A stretch of DNA of 63,708 nt, filler included, from Aduncisulcus paluster (lineage: Eukaryota): NCBI GenBank assembly GCA_024181965.1. It is 4 parts of 4 records of this genome, joined end to end, with 100 filler letters (N's around TTAATTAATTAA, not from the genome) between each part and the next. Parts side by side here need not be neighbours in the genome. Positions count along the whole stretch, not along the records: positions 1 to 20,745 come from BQXS01011365.1; positions 20,846 to 46,479 come from BQXS01011368.1; 2 more parts are not named here. One strand, given 5' to 3'. The position numbers were made by a program, and so were the translations under genes. Positions 12,828 to 24,557 of this stretch are shown one piece after another. The notes beneath the pieces were generated by a model that saw nothing but the letters and a program-made list of their open reading frames with translations, was not told where the DNA came from and searched no databases. Numbering within the stretch: the first letter of the stretch is position 1; each line of letters opens with the position of its first letter.

Positions 12828-15800
12828 TCTCTCAAGAATACGTTCCTCATTCTCTTCTTTCTCAGTCTCTGATATTACTTGATAATCTATAATTAGACTT
12901 TTTTGTAGAAGAGTTGAGAAATACTTGATCTCTTCATTCAAACGTTCCAACAGAGCCTTGAAGGAAGAACGAACAGAGAAAGCAACAGGTTCAATAGTTT
13001 TGGGGGGGATATATTCAGTGCGACTCTTGGATTTTCCTTTACGCTGTTTCTTCTTCTTACTTTTTATACTCGAGACCTTTTGAACCTGAATCTTTTCGGT
13101 GTTAAGTTGTGGGAACAGGAAAGTGACCACTTGCCTTCGAAGGATAGTGTCAACAATGGAAGTAAAAATACCAGAACGAACAACGAGGGCAATCTGCATT
13201 GGAAATTGTAATGTCCATGACAAGACATGTTGGATATCGAAATTCTTCATTGCTTCCGTGAAACAGTGTTCTATTTCCTTACGCATGCTTATTTTGAGAT
13301 TCTCTGCCAACGCTTGGATAAAGTGCTCAGGTCCGGATCGTATTTTCACAGGAGGTTGGAGAGGAACCATTTCCTCTTCGTCAGTTTTATCTGCAAATAC
13401 TGCAACAACTTCATTTCCACCAAACTCGGTCGATAATGAGGTTTTCATCGATCGAATTCCAGGGAACAGCTTTGGGAGACTACGAGTGAGAAGGTTGACA
13501 TTACGGCCTGAACTAAGGAGATCAATAAGCTCTGAATCTGAGAGAAAGCAGAGACGAAAGTTGTTTCCTCTCTTCTCAGCAAGATAACGAGTAAGAGCTT
13601 GATGGCATTTCTCAAGAGCTGACACCCATTGGTTGAGCTTTCGAGGAAGTTCTTTCATATCTTTCTGTCGAAGGCCAAGGATGACATTGGGAGCCATTCG
13701 AATACTATCGGTGGCTTTTCTAAAATCGCTATCAACTTTCTTATATTGTCTCGTCTCTGATTGTAATATTCGCTGAACATCTCGATTGCTGAATACAGTT
13801 CCCATAAAACGCCAGTGCGCTTGCATTTCACCCCATGATCGAAGGGTGTCTTTTACATACCATAGAAGCGATGCCCACTCTTGAACACGTGGGATGGCAT
13901 CATCGGGAACATATGGAGCCCCTTGAAGGGCTGAAATAGTAACTCTGGCATCATCAACACGCTCCAATATTTGAGGAATGTTTTCCAAAGTATATCCATT
14001 TGTTTCAATTCCTTTTCCAAGACGTTTGAACTCAAATTGAATTGTCTTCCACTCAGAATCCAATTTATCCAGAGTGTCAACGACAGCAGCTTCTGCACGA
14101 GCAATATCAGTAACCTCAGTGACAGACACATCCATGCTCAGGATTCCAGCCATGAGAAGAGAATCAATACTGGCAACTTCTAGAGGTTTCTGGATCAAGG
14201 AATCATATGGAATGCTTAGAATGGCATAAATAGTCTTCCAGTGTTTAACTCTTAGGCCAGAGTTAAGTAAGGCTGACACAATCTTAAGACTTCTTTTCAC
14301 AATGCGGAGTCTAAATAATGTCTCTGTAACGAAAGGACAATCTCTCAAAGTTCTCTCGGCCTGAATCAAACCATCCATACAATCGTCAATTTCATCCTGT
14401 AGAATATTAATGTCTAGATTGGACAAGGGACTTTGTACATATTGCTCTTCACATTTCCTCCATCTGCCGACAAACTGCCAAGCTTCCAGACGAATGGATG
14501 TCCCCAAGACACATGCTTCGGCCTCAGCTCGAAGATCAGCTTCTGGAACTTCAACTGTAAATAATGATGCGGCTTCAGCAATTTCCTCTGCCTCACTCAT
14601 GGCCTCTTTTACGGTATAATCAAGCTCAGTGAGTTCATTGACAGCTGAGTACGCATCCAGAGTTGGTTGTAAATAAACAGCTGACACGACACGTTGACTC
14701 ACTTCCTCGATCCTTTGTCTTGTTCTGAGGGCACGATTTCTCAGATCATCTCTGAATTCTGAGGACAATTCAATCACTTGATTACGTTTGAAGGATCCAA
14801 GGAGGCGACGAAGAGAGAGTAACAACTCTTCGCCTTCAACACACAATTGAGTGACGTTATCAACCGTAATAGAATTGTCAGAGAGCAATGATTTGAGGGC
14901 AACCATATGATCAAGCTGTTGCTGAAGATATGGCAAATCGGTCTCAGTGTCACTTGCTGCCTTGAGAATTGCAATGCATTGGCCAAGAGAAGAAACAGGT
15001 TCTTGGATGGCTTGTTTCAATTCCTCACAACGATATGTAAAGGCTTTGTTGATGATGGAGACACAGGGTGGCATACAATCGAGAATGGCTTGCAGAGCAC
15101 TTGCAATAAGAGGTTGGATAGTACTGTATAGAGGCAAGAAGTCAACACACAAACATCCGCATGAAATCCTTCTCCTCGCATGATCAACGGTCTTCAACAA
15201 ATCATTCAAACCACTAATCTTTTCTTGGAATTCACAATACAATGGAACATCACCTTCCTTAATTCGAGCGATAAGAGGAGCAATGTTGAGGAATGGAGAA
15301 GAGGAGATGGAGGCGACATAGTTGAAACGATGAGCGAGTTCTCTTGCTCGTTGATAGGAATGAAGCACAGCAACTCGAAGAGTATGGACATTCTTAATCA
15401 GGATAGGCTGGGATTTAAGCCAATTTCCATTCACACTCATTGTTTCATCTCGTACAGAAGGATCCATATCATCAAGAGCTTCTTTTGTTGATAGACCCTT
15501 CTTGATGCCTGTTATTGCTTTTTTAAGTCTAATTTCACTCGATTGTACCGATGGTTTTCGGCTAGGACCGAATGGAGTTGTTTTCTCACTGCTATCCTCA
15601 AAGCTTTTCCCACCATACTCATCGCTATTGATAAGTCCATAACCTCGCCGTTTCTTGGGAGAAGGAGGAACCACGATTCTACCAATTTCATCTGTGCCAC
15701 CACCAACTCCCTGCACAGCTTGGCTTGCTTCTCCATTGAAAGGAACACCATACACAATATACTCAAATGGAGTGTTGATGACACCACTGTCGTAGTTGGA

Positions 15801-18221
15801 TAAAGACTGTTCTTTGGCGATATATTCGATATTATTGAGGGCGTTAACAGTCAGAGCAATGAGAGTATCAATTTCACCAACAACATCGTCTTCACTTGGA
15901 GCCAGAGAAACAACGCAGGCACCTCTATGACCTTCACTCCAGTGGGCTTCAAGAGTTAAAAAGGGGGAAGGAGAGAGACGATGAGGGAAACAAAGAATAT
16001 TTTGGGTTTGGGGATATGGTCCAGTTGAGAATAATGAGAGATGTGTAGCATGGGAGCGTGTACTATGTGAATGTGATTTATGAATGAATATATTTTCTTT
16101 GGGAATAAGCGGAGATGCAGCAAATACATCGGCTTGGGGTGGGAGTGTATTGGGCTTTCCAACACAATCTGCTGGATGTTGAATGAAGAGCATACCTTCA
16201 ATACCCCTCCTTTTGACAGATCCTGGACGAGGTTTTGCACTCATCTGGCTTATAATAACCTCAATGGCAGGGATAATCAGACGATCTTCTTCAGCTTCAC
16301 CGATTTGTTCCTGTTTGGCAAGGCGTTGTTGGCGACGTTTTGCGCCAGATACGAATGAAATTCCTCCAAGACCGGACTTTGAACTCGGTTTATCGCTTTG
16401 TAGTGAAGAGGTCGAGGGAACAGAAGAAGAACTACTCGCGGTCTTCCCATTTCTTCCCTGTCCAAGTACACTTGATATTAAAATATTTGATTTTGGCTGT
16501 TTGTGGCATCTTGAACGGATTCTTTCCATCGTTTCTTCGACTTCAATATCATCCATGTCTCTTCCCACAAACTTCTCCACAGCCTTCGAGCTGAGATCGA
16601 GAATGAATCCCCACTGAGTCTCAACAAATACGACCGAACACAAACGGATGAGGTTCTTTAACCGATGTTGTCGCCAAGCTGCCTTGTTTTTAGCTGCTAT
16701 GATAGCTCGATCACGTTCAATACTCCGTCCTCCAGGTTTGTCTAATTTCTTCATTATGGATATTTTCTTTGACTTTTCAATGTCATCGAGACCATCGTCA
16801 AGGCCTTCTTTGTCCGCCATGTCCATTTGTTCCTGATCTAGGGGTCGGACTTTGGCTTTCTTCTTCTTCAAATCTTCTTTCATTTGGTAAACATCACTTT
16901 TCTTCTGCTCATCGGACGTATGAATCGTTGCCAACATTCCAGATTGAGAGGCTACTTCTCGACAAAAGTGAAACAAACTCTTGGAAATAGCTCGAGCAAC
17001 ACGATCAAAGCGCTGGGTGATTAGAGATAGTGTTCGTTTGAATTGTAAATGCATATTATTGAGTGTGAGAGGAAGAGGGAGTTTCTTAAGATCTCCAAAG
17101 GAATGTGTGACAGCGTGGCGAGAGATTTGTTTGGTAACAACGATTTTGTGCGTGTAACCCTCAATACTATAAAGAAGAGTTTTGGCAATATGATTCGAAT
17201 TACGCATAAATTTAACACTTTTGACAGCAGAACGCCATATTTTGATGGCTTTTCTTGCCTTGAAACTTCGAAAAAAGGGAATACTATACAATTTTACAAA
17301 TATTTCACGTTCACGGACATAATCGGCAGCAGAAATAAATTCTGGGTTACCATCAATATATCTTGTCACTCCACTTACACTTACAGTGAAATAATCTCGC
17401 TTATCAACGGCTTCGTATGGCAAGATGACAAGATCATACGGTGTTTTGAAAATTATGTCTGGGAAACCGTTAGAACGCAAAGGGGTATGAAGGACTGATC
17501 GTTTTTTTGTTAAATCCTCTGGTTTACCGGCTTCAAGGCGTCTGAATGGCCGTATAGAGGAACGTTGGTGAGATAATGCAGACATGGCACGACGCTGAAG
17601 ACTCATAGGGCGTCGAATGCCAATTGCTGGGCTTATATGTGATTCTGAGTGTGTGTTTGAGAGAGTGGACTGAAATGAAGGGGCAACACTATCAAGATGA
17701 GTGACAGATGTTGAGGTGCTAATAGAAGGGCCTTGTTGCCGTTCAATATGTTGGACTGGAGTAATGGATTTCAGCATATGTTTTAAAGATTTGGTTTGTT
17801 GAATAGAACTTGTTGTAGATGCTTGAATAGTATTTGACTTTAATACTTGATGAAATGAACTTGGAAGACGCGATTCTGGACGCTTCTTTTTAATTTTGGC
17901 TTGTAATCTTCCGGATAAATTAAGTCTACTAAATGTTTCAACTCGTTTTTGTGATAGTATTGGGAGAGAAGAAGGAACACTGGAAGAAAAGCCAAGGGCT
18001 GAAGATGAACGAGCTTTAACTCTTTGAAGAGTTCCGCTTTCAATGTCTTTCCTAATTGATCTCTGTTTTACCTGCTTTTCTTGAACAATAGGGGCAGAAA
18101 CGGAACGAGCCCATGTATTATCGTAAACATACCCCATATAAACGAATTCATATCTATTTTTGTTATGTTGCAACTCATTAAGAACAGCGGTAGGGTTTGC
18201 AATGTCTACTTGTAGTTGCAT
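12335..18221 (-). CDS. Axonemal dynein heavy chain, 5' segment (tail plus linker/DHC_N2); DNAH6/DNAH14-like single-headed inner-arm type
   Basis: ORF 12150..18230, first ATG at 18221. The N-terminal block PYDL...FFRSFKARKAIKIWRSAVK resembles the DNAH6-type tail. DHC_N2 motifs LRVKHWKTI, WRFMGTVFS and YLAEKRGNNFRLCFLSDSELIDLLS are present. Same frame as the 8550..11690 ORF once the 1128-bp redundant repeat (11207..12334) is removed. Confidence 0.92.
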
Positions 18222-18571
18222 CGTTGTCAAATTGAACGCGGAACCTACAAACTGTTATAATATAAATAAAATGCTTTTTTGAAACTTAGATGTTTTGTTA
18301 TTATGAGTTTGTGAATTAAAATGAGAAATATAAAGAAATTTATTCAATGAATGAAGGAAATAGACATCTTCATAGCAATGATGTATCCAAGATAAATATC
18401 ATCAAACAAATGTGTGGAAATATGTTTATGGCTGAATTAAAAATTGAATTAATTTGTATAATCCAAAAAAATTAATTAATTGTGGATTGGGGAATAATTT
18501 GGAAAAAAGGGAGAAGAGAAGGAGAGAGAATAATTTCACAGTATATTCGAGGAAGAAGAGGATATTTTATA

Positions 18572-19336
18572 CTATTTTCCATCATGTTTTTGGGAAGGTT
18601 TGCGCATGAAGAGAACTTCTTCCCATTCCATTGGTTCATATTCAATGACAATTTTTTCAGTTTTAGAACATATCTTTTCAAGAAAACGGATTTGATCATC
18701 TGATAACCTCGAAACAGTATCATGATTTCGACGTTTAACTTTTTCCTTGATCTCATCAAAGCGATCCTCAATGAGTTTCGAAATATGCTTAACTTCTGGA
18801 CAATGAATCCTCTGAAGAGCTTGATATAGTTGGGCAAAATGATATGGAGTATATTTATGTGTTTTTAATTTTAATCTTTTTTGTAGAAGTTTTGAAGTTG
18901 TTGATACACGTAAGAATAGGGCATATACATGTAGCTTCTCGGTACATGATGGTGTCGAGGGCTCTTTTTTACCACGACAACTTAATTTTTGAGGGTATAT
19001 TATTGACTTTTCGGTCCAGTAATCAAATACATTTGGAAATCCATTACATAGAATTCTACCATTGATCTCAATAAATTCGTCAAAAGAATCCCAAATTCGC
19101 TTTATAATATCGATACATTTATGTTCAAAACGTTCAATATGAGACATCTGTCTTATCGGTGAGGTTAATATTATCTCGAGCTTCAATATTTCAGAAAACA
19201 ATTGGAATTCAAAGGGGACAAATCCTATTGGTTCAGTCACATGAATTTTTGATTGATCAATATCTGGGGGTCCCATTGAGTTTGTGATGTGAACAAAAAC
19301 AATACTTTTATTTGAAAACCAGTGTAAAGCAGTCAA
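18572..19336 (-). CDS. Hypothetical protein (~230-250 aa; likely starts at MGPPDIDQ)
   Basis: 254-codon ORF in AT-rich context; no recognisable motif. Confidence 0.55.
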   Translation of the reverse strand: MTALHWFSNKSIVFVHITNSMGPPDIDQSKIHVTEPIGFVPFEFQLFSEILKLEIILTSPIRQMSHIERFEHKCIDIIKRIWDSFDEFIEINGRILCNGFPNVFDYWTEKSIIYPQKLSCRGKKEPSTPSCTEKLHVYALFLRVSTTSKLLQKRLKLKTHKYTPYHFAQLYQALQRIHCPEVKHISKLIEDRFDEIKEKVKRRNHDTVSRLSDDQIRFLEKICSKTEKIVIEYEPMEWEEVLFMRKPSQKHDGK

Positions 19337-19444
19337 ATATCCAAATTATGTATGCCAAAATGGTTATGACAAGGTAATATCTCAATTTATTGGCTTTAAA
19401 AATAGAACTGGGACTAATTGTAATCAAAGTGATTGAATAAAATT

Positions 19445-19515
19445 TGCGCCCACCGGGATTCGAACCCGGGCCGTCACGATGGAAACGTGATATCATACCC
19501 CTAGACTATAAGCGC
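19445..19515 (-). tRNA. tRNA-Gly(TCC)
   Basis: GCGCTTA acceptor pairing with TGGGCGC plus discriminator A; anticodon arm TCACG-TTTCCAT-CGTGA; T-arm CCGGG-TTCGAAT-CCCGG. Confidence 0.95.
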
Positions 19516-20055
19516 ACATTAACAAGTGGGTATTATAGTATTAATAGATATGAAAAGGTAACATCCTTTCATATTCCAATATTATCAGGTTTAATTAAAT
19601 ATATAATTCATTTCATTGCCAATTTATTTGGAAAAAATATATTCTAATTTTTAGAAACATGTTTGTCATTATTTATTTTTTTTTTTAATTTCCTTTTTCT
19701 CAAGTGTATTTGATTCAATTACAAAACAAATTTGTTGTATATTTATAAAACTTTTAGAATAGAATTGAAATATTATGTTTCATGGTGAATCAATTTGCCT
19801 CATTTAATTATACATGAATTTTCTGTCTTCATGGTTGGTTCAAATATAATTGATTATAAATGAATGTCATTGGTGTATAATTGTTTGAAATAATTGAAAA
19901 ATGGAAGAATATGCTGATTTTCTTTTTTTCAATTCTTCGATTTAATATTTTGGCTTGTGTGATTATTGGTGAGTATTTTATCATTAAAACTTTTCTTTAT
20001 TTTGATTAATACTCCCTAAACTATAAATTATATCATTTTGCTGACATAAGCTAAA

Positions 20056-20745
20056 ATGAAACATGGAAGCTTCAATTCGATTGCGTCCACATATGACACC
20101 ATTCATATCCCCTCGTCTCCCTTCCAATTTGACGATGGAGATGATGAAGCAGATCTTCCATCCGAACTTGATTCCCTCGAGAAGAAATTGCAACGTTTGA
20201 ATGAAACCATCGATTCTGCGCGTCAGGAAATGCTCACTCGGTACCATAGATGCCTTCTTTTGCAGCGTCATGCGAATTTTCTCGGATCATTAGGGTTTGT
20301 GATTCCATCTGAGCTTGATCTCTCCAGCATTGTGACTGCTCAAGAATCGACCTCACTTTGTGGCAGCACTCATAACCCAGTGCCTTCTCCTGTTCTTCCA
20401 TTCGTGTTCACAAAGGGTGTTGCCCTCGGGATGTTCTCTGATGTGTGTGAGATGAGCGCTGAACGAGGAGTTGGGGAGTATAGGAATGCTGGGAATGTGT
20501 TTGTTGGGGATTGGAGGAATATTTCTGAGGATGGAGAAGACTTATCGATGAAAGTCGTTCTTAAATTCTTCCACCTTCCAGCTGGATCATCCGCATCTTC
20601 TGAGCTGTCCCCCTTGTCCGTGTCCCAATATCAAGTTTTGATGAGATCCGCTCTTTCTCCTCGTCTTATCGGACAATGTCCCTTCATTGTGCCTCTCTTG
20701 TGTTCATTCCTCGATGTTCATGCGAAGGACTCTGATAAATACGGT
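20056..20745 (+). CDS. Protein kinase-like protein, truncated at the linker
   Basis: N-terminal coiled coil, then GNVFVG...KVVLKFF...PFIVPLLCSF, resembling kinase subdomains I-IV; runs into Ns. Confidence 0.6.
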
Positions 20746-20845
20746 NNNNNNNNNNNNNNNNNNNNNNNNNNNNNNNNNNNNNNNNNNNNTTAATTAATTA
20801 ANNNNNNNNNNNNNNNNNNNNNNNNNNNNNNNNNNNNNNNNNNNN
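20746..20845. other. Artificial contig linker N44-TTAATTAATTAA-N44
   Basis: Exact 100-bp construct with stops in all six frames; repeated at 46480 and 50220. Confidence 0.97.
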
Positions 20846-21226
20846 CCAAGAGAGCCAGAGCTTCGATGGCGTTTCTCTAGTATGCTTAACCTAGAATAGT
20901 TTCCTAAAACAACTCCTAAGGCTTCCCACACAGTTTTCTATCCTTCCAATAATTTTCTTTCTATTTCAATAACATCTCCTACACTAATACTTTCCTTTTC
21001 TATCATTAAACAACATCTATCAGCTATTGAATGGTACTTTAAGCTTTCCAACTCCAATATATTGGTACTCGCCATTAGAATGGTTTAATCTCTACTCTAT
21101 ATGATTTGTTGCTGACTATATGTTTTTTGCCCATTATTTTCTTTTTGTCTTTATTTTTTCTTGTTTGGAGCATGTCTTGCTCAATAACCGGCTAAACCGG
21201 GATTTACCGAATAAACTACTAAAAAA
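20846..21226 (+). mobile_element. 3' end of a putative non-LTR retroelement (5' part lost at the contig edge)
   Basis: 21033..21221 matches the reverse complement of 47038..47226. Ends AATAAA-CTACT-A6. Begins with a possible ORF end (KRARASMAFL*). Confidence 0.7.
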
Positions 21227-21574
21227 CTTGTCCCCATCAAACAGAAATGTTCAAAACAAGAAAGCTTTATTTGATTATTTTTCAAACGGTATTAAAACTA
21301 TATTTTTCAATATAAATTATTTTAATGCGAATTATCTTTCACTTCATTCAGTGAAGCGAAACAGAAATTATTGAAGAGCCTCCTCATGCTGAGCAGTGAT
21401 AAAACAAGAATAACTTGGCGATAGAAGGGAAATCATTAGAGTCTATGCTATTTTCGTTAATATTAGATAAAAGAACGAGTTCAGATCTTCTAGATCCAGC
21501 GAAAGTTGAAGAATATACGATGACATACGATAATTCATAATTCCCAAATATAATTGAATTCCATATAATACTTT

Positions 21575-22474
21575 CTATCCATGGAAATACTCAGAACGAA
21601 TCTTATCGATATGCGATAGATAGATTTCCTTCATTTCCTTTGTAGTTGGAATAAAATGTCCCATTTTATGCCAAATTACTTCATTTCCTATTATTTCTTT
21701 TACATATGATGCACAATCATCAGGATTGATTACTTTGTCATCAGATCCAACAATGACAAGACAATTGGAAAGAATGGGGGAAATGGAACTTTTGGGTGTT
21801 AGAAAAAAGGGAGATGGGGGAAAACAGGATTCCTTCCCCTCACAAACAATAGATTTTGGATCATATGTCGCTATTTTGTGTGAAATATCAGTTTCCAATC
21901 CCAGTAAATCGGTTCGAGATATTTCTCTTGCACATCCATCCCTTTTGAGATATTCTAATGATGGAAAATATGGAGAAAAACTAAGAATTGGATATGATTC
22001 CTGGAAAATCCTTTGAAGTAAAAGAAGAACTGTTGTGCCCTGAGAAAACCCAACACACATATGGAAATCAATATTCTGAAGTAAATGGAAACAATACTCA
22101 ACGGACGCACATAATCCAGTGTGAAAAACATCATTTCTAGTCCACCATCCCCTTAAAGGTTGTTCAGACGAAGTTGCAATAAGTTCACGATCTGAGGCAG
22201 TTAATGATGACAATAGGGGGAAAATTGCCTTATATTTCGAAATCCATACTTGTTTCCAATCGGGAAATGGAGAATCAAATTCATCATCAATACAAATATG
22301 AGACCTTTTTTCACAATCAAGCCACACAATAAAAGGGGCATTTTCGAAATGGCAAATTAATTTCCTCTTTTTTAAAATCTTTTTAAAAGCTCCAGATTTA
22401 ACTCTAAAAAGGTTTGCATTTTGTAAATAACCGTGGAGACACAATACTACGTTTGATGTTGTTGAAGCGGGCAT
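21575..22474 (-). CDS. FSH1/OVCA2-family serine hydrolase
   Basis: VLCLHGYLQNA, nucleophile GFSQG, GSDD (Asp) and GHFIP (His); ATG at 22474. Confidence 0.9.
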   Translation of the reverse strand: MPASTTSNVVLCLHGYLQNANLFRVKSGAFKKILKKRKLICHFENAPFIVWLDCEKRSHICIDDEFDSPFPDWKQVWISKYKAIFPLLSSLTASDRELIATSSEQPLRGWWTRNDVFHTGLCASVEYCFHLLQNIDFHMCVGFSQGTTVLLLLQRIFQESYPILSFSPYFPSLEYLKRDGCAREISRTDLLGLETDISHKIATYDPKSIVCEGKESCFPPSPFFLTPKSSISPILSNCLVIVGSDDKVINPDDCASYVKEIIGNEVIWHKMGHFIPTTKEMKEIYLSHIDKIRSEYFHG

Positions 22475-22993
22475 AAAATTAGAGATTGACACAAAAAGAA
22501 TAGTTTTTTATCAATAATAATAAAGAAATGAATGATAACGTCAAGTATTAGAGAATAGATGTCAGAAAACACTCAAATTCACGAACTTCGTGATTCGGCG
22601 ATTGAGTCGATCTTTCGAAAAGAAATCCATTCGGTCGTTTTATTGCAAAATAGTCGAGTTAAACAATGCTTTCTCTATATAAATGTGGTTTTGTTTCGGG
22701 ATGTTTCCTTCTCATTTCTCTTCTTTTTCTGATAAAATTACGTAACACTCGATTTCTTGTTTTAGCCATTGTTTCAGCATCCATTGCAACTCCACCAAGT
22801 CCTCGGGCATGTTTTCCATGTTCTACTATATGTATACCACCTTCATCGGTAACAACACCTTCTCCTTCGTCATCCTTGACACTTTCTCCAATATCTTCCC
22901 ACAACCCTTCTTCAACGCATTTCTGAAGGCGAGCTAGAATCATTGAATGGTGCCGAGAGCGAAGAAGTTCNNNNNNNNNNNNNNNNNNNNGAG

Positions 22994-24139
22994 TTAAACA
23001 ATGCTTTCTCTATATAAATGTGGTTTTGTTTCGGGATGTTTCCTTCTCATTTCTCTTCTTTTTCTGATAAAATTACGTAACACTCGATTTCTTGTTTTAG
23101 CCATTGTTTCAGCATCCATTTCAACTCCACCAAGTCCTCGGGCATGTTTTCCATGTTCTACTATATGTATACCACCTTCATCGGTAACAACACCTTCTCC
23201 TTCGTCATCCTTGACACTTTCTCCAATATCTTCCCACAACCCTTCTTCAACGCATTTCTGAAGGCGAGCTAGAATCATTGAATGGTGCCGAGAGCGAAGA
23301 AGTTCAATATCACCTGGGGTTGGACTCTTCTCAGTTTCTTCTTGTTCTAATTGATCATTGGAATCAACAACTTTTTCATCTTGTTCATGAGTCTCCTGTT
23401 CTTTATCAATGGGCCCAATATCTTCATGTTCACCCTCTTTTTCCCTCTTTTTCTTGTCAATAACTTCCATGACTTTCACAAGAGCGGATACAACTTCATC
23501 ATCTTGGAGGATTTCTTCTTCTTCTGTCAGTTGGGCAGCAAAGGATAATAATGATTCAACCTCTTCCTCTTCTCTTTGTTGTATGGACGATTTGTGTTGT
23601 TCCTCCGTAATAGACCAAGCTGGCCTCTTCCTGCGTCTAGAAATCTTTTTGCCTGTAGAGGGATGAGATTGACTGGGAAGATCACTACCACCTCGAGATT
23701 GGATGGTTTTCCTCATAGTTTTGGCCTTTTGATCGGCCTTTTCATGTTTTTTAATCGTTTCTGAGATGGAAGCATCTTGTTGCTCCTTGGCTTGTTTTAA
23801 AGATTTTGTAAGTGTAGCTAAATATGATTTATGAGCGGCAAAAGCAGATGTTCTTTGTTGTTCTCTCTTTTTTAATGCAAGTGTTTCAAGAGCTTGTTCT
23901 CTAGCGGCTGAATATGAGGTTGGGAGCATATGTTGACTATCTCCAAAAGTTCCTGAAACTCGGCTATAAAATTTGGGTTCAGAAGAAATAACTTTTCCAA
24001 TATCACCCAATGTATCACGACTTAACCCTGCAGCTCCAAGTAGAGTAGCTGCTGAAGGTTTGGATCTATCTATAATCGAAACACGACCACCATCAGCCTT
24101 ATGATTGGGTCTTTCTGTCAATAAAACTTCTCTAGACAT
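22994..24139 (-). CDS. Hypothetical charged/coiled-coil protein (3' end duplicated across a gap at 22659..22970)
   Basis: ~381-codon ORF with RPAWSITEE...EEVESLLSFA and C-terminal PHLYRES. Confidence 0.75.
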   Translation of the reverse strand: MSREVLLTERPNHKADGGRVSIIDRSKPSAATLLGAAGLSRDTLGDIGKVISSEPKFYSRVSGTFGDSQHMLPTSYSAAREQALETLALKKREQQRTSAFAAHKSYLATLTKSLKQAKEQQDASISETIKKHEKADQKAKTMRKTIQSRGGSDLPSQSHPSTGKKISRRRKRPAWSITEEQHKSSIQQREEEEVESLLSFAAQLTEEEEILQDDEVVSALVKVMEVIDKKKREKEGEHEDIGPIDKEQETHEQDEKVVDSNDQLEQEETEKSPTPGDIELLRSRHHSMILARLQKCVEEGLWEDIGESVKDDEGEGVVTDEGGIHIVEHGKHARGLGGVEMDAETMAKTRNRVLRNFIRKRREMRRKHPETKPHLYRESIV

Positions 24140-24557
24140 CAAATATTATACAATTACTAAAATTGTTTTACCAACAAAGAAGCTCTCTTCATTTTTGGCG
24201 TTCGTTTTGGTTAACGAAATAAATTTCCAAAACAATCATAATATTTAGCAATTTTCTAAGGTTATACTTTAATTTTATTTTTCAAAAGGGTATTTTTTTT
24301 TAATATTAGAAAGATGGGGAAAATCCTTCATATTACAAGAATAGTTCAAAAAAATACTAAGGAAAGAAAATTTTCGTAAACAATATCAGTAAAAATAGAT
24401 TTCTATGTTACATAAATATATGAAGATTGATCTGATGGACGTACAATTCCGAAAAATAAAAATGTTCTAAAATAGGTTCTACTTAATATAAAATGTATCA
24501 AAATCCATAGGAAAGGAGTAATGGGGTGTGAAATTGTGTTAAGGTTGCTTTCAAATT

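Noticed and set aside
1-18221. Giardia-style trans-spliced (split) dynein gene
   Set aside because: The breaks coincide with assembly duplications, not with splice signals.
20790-20801. TTAATTAATTAA palindrome (also at 46524 and 50264) as a biological site
   Set aside because: Always centred in exactly 44+44 Ns; a synthetic six-frame stop linker.
20938-21075. Minus-strand 45-aa ORF with KESISVGDVIEI, faintly RuvBL2-like
   Set aside because: Short, bounded by stops, and antisense to the repeat's pyrimidine-rich tail; likely chance.
22659-22943. 94-aa ORF as a paralog
   Set aside because: Gap-flanking duplicate of the 3' end of the 22994 gene.
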